A DNA stretch of 64,000 nt, from NCBI GenBank assembly GCA_023205875.1, contig CP060755.1, positions 434,001 through 498,000 on the forward strand, given 5' to 3'. Below, piece by piece: positions 11,460 through 22,343 of this stretch (its first letter is position 1; every line of letters begins with the position of its first letter). This stretch comes from Chloropicon primus. Its lineage: Eukaryota. The notes under the pieces were generated by a model. That model ran no database searches. It was not told the DNA's origin and was given only the letters and a program-made list of their open reading frames with translations. The translations under genes and the position numbers were made by a program.

Positions 11460-12555
11460 TCTCGTCAAACACAACACAAGGCGGAACCCTCGTCGTCGTC
11501 GTCGTCGTCGTCGTCGGTCGTCGTCGTCGTGGACCACGAGCCGAGGAAGCGAAGGAAGAGGAAGGGGAAAAAAGTTTTGGATAAGGCACGACGGGAAAGA
11601 AGTGTACGTACCTCCAAAGGAGTGTCCTCAAACCACATCAGCCCTAACACGGGATCTCAACCATTCTGAACCCCTAATTCTTTTTTGGATAAGACGTTTT
11701 TGTGCTACAGACCAAAGAGTAGAAAACCCCTTGCTCACCGAGGGCACTGCCTCAACAAGCGTTCTGTACACAAGCCAGGTTGGCGTCGCGTCGCCCTCGG
11801 GTTCGGGGGGAAGGTCTCCCGAAGAACGAGATGACCTCGCAGAAGGGGGATCTCTGTCAGGTTTTTAGGTTTCGTTCGTCGAATAAAGTCACACCTGGTG
11901 TGCTTTTGCCTCCTCCGCTTCCCAGGAGGGCGAGAGGCGCGTCGTCGACGCGACCGAACCTAAGACGAAGACTTTGCGCGCGCGCGCTCTGTAGAGGCGA
12001 AGAGAGACTCTAACCACCAACGCGTCCGCTTGACGGCGAACTTGGCTCTCTCCCTCTCCCCCACCCCCTCTCTCTCTCTTGCGTGTTTCGTGTTTCGTCC
12101 CCTTGCACGACCTAGAAGGGACGGCACGGAGAGAGAGACCTGACCTGGCCTTGACCTGGCCTTGATTTGGTTTGGTTTGGTTTGCGCACTCTTTTGCTCT
12201 TGCTCTCTTGTGAGGATCAAGGTTGAGGTGGACCAACGACACGAAGACGCGTCCCATCGCTGCTGGTGTTGCTCGAACGCGCAGCACAGCGACGCGACGA
12301 CGGGTGTGCGTGGACGGACGGAGGACCTTGAGGGAGAGATTCGAGCTTGTCTCGTGAGGTCCCCAAGTCGGCAAGCGCGCGCGCACCGAAGAAGAGGTGC
12401 GTTTCGTTGCTCCCCCTCGCACGAGAAGCGTTTGGTTGCTGGCGCGCGGCACGCCTCTGGCGGGAAGGGTCTTGCGCTTCCGCTTTTTCTCTTGCACATC
12501 CAAGAGAAATTAGATCGTGGAAGATCGTAGAAGGAAGAAGAAGAGACGAAACCAC

Positions 12556-13511
12556 ATGGCGGTCTCGGACGCCGCAGGGAGCGCCCAGGCGCAGCAGAGC
12601 GGAGGAGGAAACGACGCGAGCAACGGGAGCGCGGCGAAGGCCAACTGGTGGAGGTGAGTCCCCCCCTTTTTCTTCTCTTCTTCTTCTTTTTCTTCTTCTT
12701 CTTTTTCTTTTTCTTCTTTTTCTTCTTCTTCTTCTCTCTCTCTCTCTCTCTCTCTCCAAAAAAAAGAAAAAGAAAGGAAAAAGAAACTGACCCCCGAACC
12801 ACCACCTCTGTCCACCCTGCTTCTCCGTTCTTGCGGCACCGCAGCCCCCAGGAGGACAAGGTCTTCGAGAGGGTCCTGTCCGAGAAGTTTGGCGAGCGAC
12901 TGCAGGACATCCTGGAGGAGATCTCCAAGCAGATAGAGACCAAGGACATGGAGGCCGTGCGCAGGCGGTACGAGCAGCTCGAGGAGGACATCAAGAACAT
13001 CGAGGCGGGCCGGGTCCCCCTGCCCAACTACGCGGACAGCGGGAGCGTCGCGACGAGCGGCTCGAGGAAGGGAGGGAAGGGCTCGAACGGAAAGAAGGAC
13101 CAGCACAGCGAGAGGAAGAAGGGCATCCCGTGGACCGAGGAGGAGCACAGGCTGTTCCTGCTGGGCCTGGAGAAGTTCGGCAAGGGGGACTGGAGGTCGA
13201 TATCGAGGAACTTTGTGGTCTCGAGGACGCCCACCCAGGTGGCCAGCCACGCCCAGAAGTACTTCATACGACTCAGCTCGATGAACAAGAGGGACAAGAG
13301 GCGGGCGAGCATCCACGACATCACCTCTGTGAACCAGGCAGACGTGCAGAACATGGCCTCGGTCCACGCGGCGAGGGCGAACGGGGAGAACTTGGCCGCG
13401 GCGCAGAACCAGCAGGGGAAGCCCATCTATGGGGGAGGGATGGTCTCGATGCCGCCGGCGTCTTACGTCTCCAACATGATGCCCCAGTCAGGGCCGCAGC
13501 AGTACGTGTGA
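12556..13511 (+). CDS. MYB-related transcription factor, SANT + SHAQKYF (DIVARICATA-like); exons 12556-12653, 12845-13511
   Basis: Spliced [75 protein letters not shown]. Confidence 0.93.
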
Positions 13512-13940
13512 TCCGACGACGACAACAGTTTGCAAACCACGCGCGCGACACACACACACACAGAGAAAGATATATGAGCAAACTTTCGTCGTCGTCGTCG
13601 TCGTCGTCGTTGTTGTACACTAGTAACTTTTCATACATCATTGGTTTTCACGTTAAGGAGCGAGCTAGCGCGTTCTTTTTGTTCTTGTCCCAGGCACAGA
13701 CACACAAGCCAAGCAAGCAAGCAAGCAACGAAGGAAGGAAAGGAGAGCAAAAAAAAAATAGGGTGTGGTGTGTGAATTACATCCATCCAAGCTTCCTCGG
13801 TTGTGGGTTATGGTTATGTTGTGTGTGTGTGTGTGTGTTCTTGAATTGGTCTACAAGGTCTTGAGGCTAGTGGTACACTCTTGATTGAAAAGAAAAAAAT
13901 CCGGTCGTCGTTGTCTCGGTTGCATGTGAGGCTTCCTCAA

Positions 13941-14693
13941 TCACTCCTCGTCCACGAACTTTCCAGTTCCCTCGTTCACGGCGGTGAGGGCGAAGAAAAT
14001 GATGGAGAACAGCAGGAGGGGCTCGGCCTCGGAGAGGGGGATGCCCGTCTCGAGGTTGAACTGAGCGAGGGGTCCCTTCCCGGTGACCGCCTCTCCGATC
14101 AGGGAGGCCGCGAACCCGAGCTGCGCCATCCTTCCCACGAAGAGCTCGTTGGCCTTGGTGAACCCGACCCCCTCGATCCCGAGGAACTTGCCAGGGTTCA
14201 GGATGCTGATGTTGGCGTCCTGCAGGGATCCCGCGGGGCGCTCGGAGCTCTCCTCGGCGTCCGGGATGAACTTGCCCTTCCCAGGAGCGAACGCGGCGAA
14301 GAGGTTGAACGCCGCCAGGCCGAGCACGAGGGGCTCGGTGTCCATGAGGGGGAGGCCGGTCTCGATGTCGAACTGGGCGAGGGCCCCCTTGCCGGTCAGG
14401 ATCTCCCCGACCAGGGAGGCCGCGAACCCGAGCATGGCCATCCTCCCCACGAAGAGCTCGTTCGACTTGGTGAACCCGAGGGAAACGTTCCACACGATGT
14501 CGTTCTTGGCCTGGAAGAACTGACCGGGGATCCTCACCTGGAAGGACTGGGCGGCGGGGCCTTGGGGCTCCGCGACCTTGGCAACCTTCTTGGGGGCCTT
14601 GGGCCTGGATCCGAAGGAGAACGCTCCCGACCTCTTGGGCGCGGGCGCGGGGGCGGCCTTCTTCGTCGCGGTCTTCGGCTTGAGCAGCTGCAT
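13941..14693 (-). CDS. PSBS: Photosystem II subunit S (four-helix photoprotective protein)
   Basis: Two internal repeats GFTK(S/A)NELFVGRMA(M/Q)LGFAASL(V/I)GE..TGKG.LAQF..ETG; both lumenal Glu retained. Confidence 0.95.
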   Translation of the reverse strand: MQLLKPKTATKKAAPAPAPKRSGAFSFGSRPKAPKKVAKVAEPQGPAAQSFQVRIPGQFFQAKNDIVWNVSLGFTKSNELFVGRMAMLGFAASLVGEILTGKGALAQFDIETGLPLMDTEPLVLGLAAFNLFAAFAPGKGKFIPDAEESSERPAGSLQDANISILNPGKFLGIEGVGFTKANELFVGRMAQLGFAASLIGEAVTGKGPLAQFNLETGIPLSEAEPLLLFSIIFFALTAVNEGTGKFVDEE

Positions 14694-15256
14694 GGTGATC
14701 TTGGTTGCTTGGTTGCTTGGTCCTATAAATTTCTCGATCTTCGTCGACGAGGTGATCCACAATTCTGACAGACAGAAGAGAGAGAGAAAGAAACCAGAGA
14801 ATCTTCCAGCCGCGACGAGAGCCAGGAGTCACACCAGTTGGCAACGTGGGGAGCGCAATTGTGAGCCACAAATACAGGACACCTGTCCAGAGATCGAGCA
14901 TTCTGAGCCACAAAGACTCAACGTGCCAGATCCGATGCAAAGAGACTCTTTTTGAGTGTCAAAATACCTGTGTCCGTCACGGACGTTTGTGGCTGATATT
15001 TTCCACTTTCGGATTAAATGAGGCCCAAGATCTGCTGGCACGACCACGAGGAGGGCGAGGACGAGACATATTATCACGGCTCCGCGTCGCCGCACTTACT
15101 GAGCATTGCATTCACGGTGTTCACTTGTGGAACACGGGAAGTCGCTCTCACTGGGTCCTCACTTCTCACTTGTTGATCATCGGGATCGACTTTGTGTTTC
15201 AATTGTGTGTGTGATCTCGCGCGGACGGAGGTGTACCACGTGCGGATCCTAACAGT

Positions 15257-16069
15257 ATGCGTGCCGCGACAGTGCGTTCTAGCGCCCCTCGGGCTGCGAG
15301 GAGGACGGTGACGGTGAGGGCGGGCCTCTTCCAGAGGAAACCGGCGCCGGCCCCGAAGAAGGCCGAGAAGAAGTCCTCGGGAGGGGGGCTGTTCGGGTCC
15401 CTCGGGTCCAAGCCCAAGCCTGCGGAGCCTCCTGCCAAGAAGAGCGGCGGGATCGGGGGACTCTTCGGCGGGAAGGCCGCTGCCAAGCCGGAGCCCAGCA
15501 AGAAGAAGACGGGGGGGCTCTTCGGCGGGTCGTCCAAGGCCAAGCCCGCGTCGCCTCCTGCTAAGAGGAAGGCTGCTGCTCCGCCGAGGAAGAGCCAGAT
15601 CGGCACCATCAAGGCCGGCACCAAGAAGATCGGGACCAAGAGGATCACCAAGAAGCAGACCTCCCCGGACGGGACCGAGCTCCCTTTCTTCGGAGACCTC
15701 AAGGAGGGAGGCGTCCAGCTGTTCAGGAGTGACGACGAGAGGTACTTCAACAAGGCCGTCTCGGGAACCAAGGCCGAGGGCGCCCAGAAAATCGTGGGCT
15801 ACAAGGGGAGCGGCCAGAAGGGAAGCGCCCCGCAGGTCGACGCCCAAGGAAGGAACGCGAGGTTCGGAGGGGTCGTGTACCGCTACGCGGACAAGTACAA
15901 TGGCAACATTGACGAATTTTCCCCCATTTTCACGCCAGAGACGAGGCTCAAGGCTGCTGACGTCTACGAACCGGGAGCGGTCGGCCTGGCAATCTGGTTC
16001 GCCGGCTTCGTCGGCCTGTTGGCAGTCGGAGGGTTCGCCATTTACAGCACCTCCGCCCTCGCCGGTTAG
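15257..16069 (+). CDS. PSBR: Photosystem II PsbR-family protein with long N-terminal extension
   Basis: C-terminal VYRYADKYNGNIDEFSPIFTP...DVYEPGAVGLAIW...GGFAIYSTSALAG matches the PsbR pattern; transit-like N-terminus. Confidence 0.85.
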   Translation: MRAATVRSSAPRAARRTVTVRAGLFQRKPAPAPKKAEKKSSGGGLFGSLGSKPKPAEPPAKKSGGIGGLFGGKAAAKPEPSKKKTGGLFGGSSKAKPASPPAKRKAAAPPRKSQIGTIKAGTKKIGTKRITKKQTSPDGTELPFFGDLKEGGVQLFRSDDERYFNKAVSGTKAEGAQKIVGYKGSGQKGSAPQVDAQGRNARFGGVVYRYADKYNGNIDEFSPIFTPETRLKAADVYEPGAVGLAIWFAGFVGLLAVGGFAIYSTSALAG

Positions 16070-16394
16070 GTTAGGTCGTCATCCCCCCTGATGATCCCAC
16101 GCAAGCTCTTGCAAGTGAGCCTTGAATTCAATTTTACAATTTTGTGGCAACCTCCCAAGCCCCTATTTGCTTTCCAGCCCCCTCGCCGTCGTGGGGAACT
16201 CCCTCCTCCTCCTCATTGATGATGATGATGATGATGATGAGGGTGAGGATGATCCTCCTCCTCACCCCGTCTCAATGTTTTGCAGAGTTTCCGATGAGAA
16301 TTCGTTTTTGAATCCAAGGTGCGACAGTTTCGGACAGGACAGAGGAAGGCCAAGGCCAAGGCGGAGTCTTGTCCGAGGAAAGAGAGAGAAAGCG

Positions 16395-18055
16395 ATGGCA
16401 ATGAAGCCGCTCTCCGTGAGGGAGGAGGTCCTCGACCACGTGAGCGAACTCTTCTACAGCTGTCTGTGCAAAGCGAGGCACTTGGCGAACCTGGTAGCGC
16501 TGGAAAAGTGGGAGGAGAAGGAAAGGGAACTGCACTTGTTGAGCCAAAGTCTGAGGGAGACCTCGATGGACGAGGGGTACTGCTCCAGGTTTCAGCTCGA
16601 GCAGGCCTGGGGGATAAAGAGCGACAACGCGGAGGTGATGTGGTCGGCGATGAAGAGCCTCGGGTCGGTTTTGGAGAGGGAAGAGGGTTGCGAGCTCGTC
16701 AGGGTGACGGACCTGGTCCAAGTGACGTGCATAGCGCTCGTCACGAAAGAGGCGACCCTCCGGAGGAAAGAAGAGGGCGTGCTCGCCAACGAACCGTCCT
16801 CCTCGTTCGCCACGGAGAGCCAGCCCCCCTCGCAGTCTCCCGTGGACTCTTCGACCAGAGACAAGGTAAAGTTTCAACAAAACTTGGTGTGTGTGTTCTC
16901 TCGCGAACGAGTTGCTCTGGGTTGCTGACGACTCTTGTACGACCGTTTCCCTTCCTCTGGGCCCCCCCTCCTCTCTCTCTGTCGCGCGCGCGTGCAATAC
17001 AGGTAGAACTCGTCGTCAGCCACCTCGAGTCCCTTCTCAGGCTGATATTGGGCGTTCCACCGACTTGCTTGAGCACCAGTCTCGTGGTGACCACGGACGA
17101 CGTCGATGCTCTCGGGCTTTGGCTGAGGCCCGTGGTGAAGACAAAGGAAGGCCGCTCGAACTTCAAGCTGAGCGAGCTCTCGCCCTTCTTCGTGTCTCAT
17201 CTCCACGCCTCGTTTAGGGACGTTTCGGGCTGGTTGAAGGGCGCCGTGGGGCCAAGCACGTCGGACGTCGTCATGAGGCTCAAAGGAGCGCAGAAGAAGC
17301 TGATCTTCAGGCAAGATCCCAGAGAGAGCGCCACGGACGAGGTGCTGGCGTGCCTGACAATCGATTCGTGCGCAGACTCGACGATCTACTGCCTCTTGCC
17401 CATCGAGTTCGTGCGCATCAGCAACTGCAAGAACTGCACCGTCGTCGTGGGCTCTGCGAGATTTGCTCAAACGACGCACTGCTCGTCTCTTAAAGTCATC
17501 ACCGCGTGCAGGACGAAGGTCATCTCGAATTGCATGGACTGCGTCTTCTATCTCGGCACGAACGAGTGCCCTCTCCTCGTGGGGGACAACAGGCACGTCA
17601 CCTTGGCGCCCTACAACTCGTATTACGACGGGCTCCCTGACCACCTGGAGTGCTTGCGAATTTCGGGGGAGGTCAACTACTGGAACGTGGCAAAGGTCGT
17701 CGATTCGCCGTACAGCAGCGACCCCGTGGACCACAGCGGAATTTTCGCCGTCATGCCGCCAGAAAAGTGGTCCTCCTTCGTCATCCCCTTTGCCAGCGAA
17801 GAGAACCAGGGTGCGAGCGCCCCTGCTGGCGAGGCGAGGCCTTTCTTGGCGCCCAAAGCCTATCGCCAGAACCTGGAGGCCATGGCCAAGAGAGTTGACG
17901 AGGTGAGAGCGAAAATAGCAGGATCCGGTCTTGCAGAGGACCAAAGGCAAGCTCTGCAGCAGGTCATTCGTGGCCACTTCAAGGACTGGCTGCTTCGGGA
18001 CGGCCATTTCAACGAGATCCAGAGACTCTCTGAGATGGAATTGGCGGTGAAGTAG
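16395..18055 (+). CDS. TBCCD1: TBCC-domain-containing protein 1 (TBCCD1/ASQ2-like); exons 16395-16865, 17003-18055
   Basis: C-CAP/cofactor-C beta-helix LTIDSCADSTIYCLLP...ISNCKNCTVVVG...ISNCMDCVFYLGTNECPLLVGDNRHVTLAPYNSYY; FVIPF; FKDWL. Confidence 0.85.
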
Positions 18056-18224
18056 GCCAGAAGAGGGGGGGCATGGGCGCTACCCAAAGGAGTCGTGTGG
18101 AATGTTTTTTTGTAACGCTAAAAGATGATAAAGATACACGGTTTTGTTGTTAAAGAAGAAACTAATCAGGGTTTCCTGAAGATACACCCGCACGGCTTCC
18201 AATTCAGCCTCTCTGAATTCGCCC

Positions 18225-19655
18225 TCAGACCTGGAAAATCTCTCGAAGCTCCTCCTCGTTCTGGATGACGCCCTTTGGCAGGAACTCCTTGTATTTCGTG
18301 GCGTACTCCTTGAGGAGGCGCTTCCTCTCCATCTCGACAATGGCGGCCCTGCGAGCGTCCTGCTCGCGGTAGGCCTGGGCCTCCTCGATCTCCTTCTTCT
18401 TGAGAGCGTTGTACATCTCCCTCTTCTCGTCGATGAGCCTCTCGACCTCTCTCTTGTGCTCCTGGACTTTCATTCTTCTCCTCTGTGCGTTCATCTGCTC
18501 GATTCTGTCGTCCTCGGCGAACTTCTCGAGCAGCTTCTTCCTGAAGGCCTCCTCCTCGATCGCCTCCTGTTGCCTCTTCTGCTCCTTGAGGGCCTTCTGG
18601 TACTCGTTGGCCTCCATCATCTCCCTCGTCATTCTCTCTCTCCTTTCCTGGTCCATCTGCTCCCTTCTCCTCTGTTTCTCGCTCTCTTCCTGCTCGTGCA
18701 GCAAGTTGAGCAGACGCTCCTCCTCCTCCTTCTCGGCCATCTCCTTCTCCTTGAGGGACCTGAGCTTGTCCAAGATTCGGTCTTGCGCGTCCATCTTGTC
18801 CTGCCTGCGCTTCAAGTTGGCCTCGCTCCTGCGCTGAACCTCTGCGGCGTACGCCGCAATGCGCCTCTCCTCCTCCTCCTCCTTCTCTCGCTTGAGGGCC
18901 CTCTCCACCTCCCTCTCCTCCAGGAAGTTTCTGATGTAATCCTGAGTCTCGTGCTGCTTGGCCTGCTTCGCCTCGAGCTGAAGGCGGTCCTCCTCCTGGA
19001 TCCTAGCGATGACCTCATCAACTTGCCTCCTCTCCTTCTCGAACTCCTCCTGCGCGGCCCTCTGAAGGTCGAGCTTCTCCTCGATCTGCTCTTGCAGCAC
19101 CTTCTTCGCGGCGATCTGCTTCTTCAGGTTGTCCATCTCCTTCTTCTCCTCCTGCTCCACCAGCTTTTGCCTCTGCTCCTCCATGACCCTGTCATAGTAG
19201 GCGTGGTACTGCTGCTCCCTCTCCTTGAGCATCCTGGCCTCCTCCAGCTGCAGCTTTCTCTCCATGTTCATCTCCGCCGCCCTGAGCTTGTCCTCCAGCT
19301 CGCGGAGCTCCTCGCTCTCCTCGCGGATGCGCTTGAGGTCGAGCTCGGCCCTCATCTTGGCCTTCTTCTCTGCCCCGAGGGTCGCCACGAAGGCCTCCTC
19401 CTCCTGGGCCCACTTGTCCTGGAGCTTCTTCTCCACGTACGCCTTCTCCATCGACTGGATGGTCTCGTACTCGGACTGCCTCTCCCTCTCCTCCCTAATC
19501 CTTCGCCTGGCGTGAACATTCTCAATACTCTTGAAGCCGGCTTCCGTCTCTCTCACCTTGCCATAGTACCGCTTCAGCTCGTCTATCTTGTACTCCTCCT
19601 CCCTCCGCCTCTGCTCACGCTGCTCCTGGGCACGCACAAGAGACATGCGTATCAT
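18225..19655 (-). CDS. MNS1: MNS1-like trichoplein-family ciliary coiled-coil protein (start uncertain)
   Basis: IREESEELRELEDKLRAA, KFAEDDRIEQMNAQRRRMKVQEHKREVERLI, EMERKRLLKEYA...FLPKGV. Confidence 0.88.
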   Translation of the reverse strand: MIRMSLVRAQEQREQRRREEEYKIDELKRYYGKVRETEAGFKSIENVHARRRIREERERQSEYETIQSMEKAYVEKKLQDKWAQEEEAFVATLGAEKKAKMRAELDLKRIREESEELRELEDKLRAAEMNMERKLQLEEARMLKEREQQYHAYYDRVMEEQRQKLVEQEEKKEMDNLKKQIAAKKVLQEQIEEKLDLQRAAQEEFEKERRQVDEVIARIQEEDRLQLEAKQAKQHETQDYIRNFLEEREVERALKREKEEEEERRIAAYAAEVQRRSEANLKRRQDKMDAQDRILDKLRSLKEKEMAEKEEEERLLNLLHEQEESEKQRRREQMDQERRERMTREMMEANEYQKALKEQKRQQEAIEEEAFRKKLLEKFAEDDRIEQMNAQRRRMKVQEHKREVERLIDEKREMYNALKKKEIEEAQAYREQDARRAAIVEMERKRLLKEYATKYKEFLPKGVIQNEEELREIFQV

Positions 19656-20708
19656 GATTCTCAAACTCCTCTAAGGTAAAGGTCCTCTCTCACGTCCTAG
19701 CCTAGCCAACCTGACTCGACCCGGCTTGTTCTCTTCCCAGCAATGAAGGTTGCAATCTTTCGCGCCTCCTTTACGCCCTCCCTTTTTCTTGGACACAGCA
19801 CAACCACGCACGCACGCACGCACGCCGCCCTCTCCCTACGAAACACGCGCACAAGATCAAAGGCAACGCACTTCCTCTTCAGCCTCTTCAGCTCCCCTCC
19901 TCGTACTACTCGACAAGCTCGTCGCCTCTTCGAACGCGAAGACCACACTCCCTTGCTCCCTTGGCTCTCAAGTCTGACCCAGTGACCGATGACCCTAAGA
20001 ACCAAAAAATAAAAACGTAGTTTCACTCTTACGCGTTAGGACTCTAACCACATCTCGACACAGTACAAGGCAAAAGTAGTGGTGGTATGTTTGGGGCGGC
20101 CGAAATGTAATATCTCCTATAGAATGATTCATTCTATGTTTTATGAGAGACATACTACTGTGGTCGTTCCAAGAAAGGTCCAACGGAAAAGCCCGCCTCG
20201 GTGTTGTAGAAATTCCATTCTAATGGCCACCGAAGAGTTTCCAGGGACGACCACCTTTCGAACGAGTTTCCAGGCAAATGGCTTGCGTTGCCAAGAAGCC
20301 GAAACGAAACGTCTCGTCTTGAGAGAAGGAAGAAGAAGGGGACAGGATCAGCATGATGGAGAAAGGAAGATCGTTGTCGTGTGACGGACTCCAGTTCCAG
20401 GGACGGGTGCCAGCAGACTGCTCCTGGAGTGACTAGACCACTTTTTGGATGAATGCGGCAGACTTGACTGAGGACAGGACGACGATAGAGGCTTGGCTTG
20501 TGTATAGGATGATGGCGGGCTGCTGCAGACCAGACTGGACTCTGAGGGCGGGAGGGGTTGGGATTGGAGAGAGACGAGTGTGTCATGGATGCAGGCAGAG
20601 TTCGCGTATCCACCGATTGACGAGGAGAGGGCAAGTGACGAGCCATCTCACTACTGATAACCGGATCAGTCGACATATAGGTGTAGGTTACAAAGTTTTT
20701 TTTCTCTT

Positions 20709-22058
20709 TTATACGTTGATGTACAAGGGTGTGCCCACGACAGCGTAGTTGCTCTGAGGAGGTGTGGATTGGTCAGGCCCCGCGGGCGCGTGAGAGGGTT
20801 GCCGCGCCGCGCTTGCGTTGCTCATTTCAACTTGGCCGTGGCCCAAACCCGCCGAGGTGTGCTGGTGGGGCCCCGCCACGTAGTGAGGGTTGCTCACGTA
20901 CTGGTGCTGGTGGGGCGGCACGGTGGCCACGACGGGAATTCCCGTCGTTTCCCCCCGCTTGTTCCTGTGAGCAAAATCGTAGTAGGTGCCGAGGATCGAG
21001 TTCCTGGGCCTTCTCGTCTCAGGATTCCTACTGTAGTAGCAAACAAAGTAGAAGGCCTTGATCTCGAGAACCGTGAGCAGAATCCCAAAGGACAGGAACG
21101 TGAAGCCTATGATGAGTTTGCTCTCCGTGCTCAGCCCAAACTTCCCGGTCCCGTCCGTGATCTTCAGGTAGTGGAGCCAAGGATCCGACGAGTCTCGCAC
21201 GAGAACCCGGATCCTCCTTTTCCCATTCGAGTTGAGCGCCTGCTCCGAGACGCCTATGAACTGGGAGGGAGCGAACACCATCCTCGAGCTCTCGATGAGG
21301 TAACCGTAGTTCCTCGGCCTGTAGTAGCAACCGTAATTCTTCTCCTCGTCTGGGTCCCCGGACTGCGGGACCATTGCATCGGCCTTGAAATCCCCCTCCT
21401 CCTCGTCGTACGTCACCTTGATGCAGAAGCTGTTCAGCTCCTTCCTCGTAATGCACTGCGCCGGACCCTTCCTTGGAACTTTGAGGTAACCCCCTTGCAT
21501 GTCGCACAGGCGCCTGCACTCCACCAGGCCGCCAGAGGTGCTGCAGTGACTCACCCTCTCCTGAGCAAGCGTCTCTGTCACCCTGGCCAGTTCCTTTCCC
21601 TTTGGGGACCGAAAAGTTATCGTGATCTTGCATCCCTTGGCCTTGGCCACAGAGATGTCCTCCTCGGCGAAGTACTTGAACTGGGGGGCAAGGGGTTCCG
21701 CGTTGTCCTTGCTTCCGTCCTTAATGGAGTCGACAGGGCTCTCTCCCCCGAGGAGAGTGAAGTCCTGCGTCCACCCGTGGCCCTTGTTCCCCCCACAACC
21801 CCCCGCGAAGCTGAAATCAGCAGTGAAGTTCTTTGCCTCCAAGAATGGTGGCGAGGATGCCAGCTTATCACGCCAGCTCTCCACCTTGATGTTGTACTCG
21901 TGGATCTTGCTGCCCCTCGAGTCATTTATGCTCGTCCCTATGATGGCCACGCCAATGAAAAGGAAGATAGGTCCGATGAAGAGTATGAAGCAGGCACAGT
22001 AGAAGGACCCAAAGAGAACGTCACAACCGTCCCCACCCTTGCCGCGCCCCTTTCCCAT
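20709..22058 (-). CDS. Uncharacterised two-transmembrane protein with a large Cys-containing loop
   Basis: ATG 22058; TM1 FILFIGPIFLFIGVAII, TM2 LIIGFTFLSFGILLTVL; Pro/His/Gln-rich C-tail; GC3-biased codons. Confidence 0.8.
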   Translation of the reverse strand: MGKGRGKGGDGCDVLFGSFYCACFILFIGPIFLFIGVAIIGTSINDSRGSKIHEYNIKVESWRDKLASSPPFLEAKNFTADFSFAGGCGGNKGHGWTQDFTLLGGESPVDSIKDGSKDNAEPLAPQFKYFAEEDISVAKAKGCKITITFRSPKGKELARVTETLAQERVSHCSTSGGLVECRRLCDMQGGYLKVPRKGPAQCITRKELNSFCIKVTYDEEEGDFKADAMVPQSGDPDEEKNYGCYYRPRNYGYLIESSRMVFAPSQFIGVSEQALNSNGKRRIRVLVRDSSDPWLHYLKITDGTGKFGLSTESKLIIGFTFLSFGILLTVLEIKAFYFVCYYSRNPETRRPRNSILGTYYDFAHRNKRGETTGIPVVATVPPHQHQYVSNPHYVAGPHQHTSAGLGHGQVEMSNASAARQPSHAPAGPDQSTPPQSNYAVVGTPLYINV

Positions 22059-22343
22059 GTTGGCTCGGCGAGTCCAAGGCAAGCCCTCCGCGGTCCCCTC
22101 TTCGCCTTCTCCGTCGCCCCCGGGGACGCGGTCCTCCTTTGTCCTTTGGATCCACCACCAACGTCGCTGTACGACGACGCAATTCCACGCCAACTCAAAA
22201 AGCAAGAGAGAGATTCCTGGGAGACGAGAGGAGAGGACTCCTGGAGGAGGACGGAGGATAGAGGAGATGTGGATGAATTGAGGGGAAAGAGCGTGCGTTG
22301 GCAATAACGGCACAAGTTAGGATGCAGATGACAAAATTGTGGT

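Noticed and set aside
12648..12844. Poly-Phe N-terminus on the MYB ORF and poly-Lys on the opposite strand
   Set aside because: Translation of an intronic TTC microsatellite
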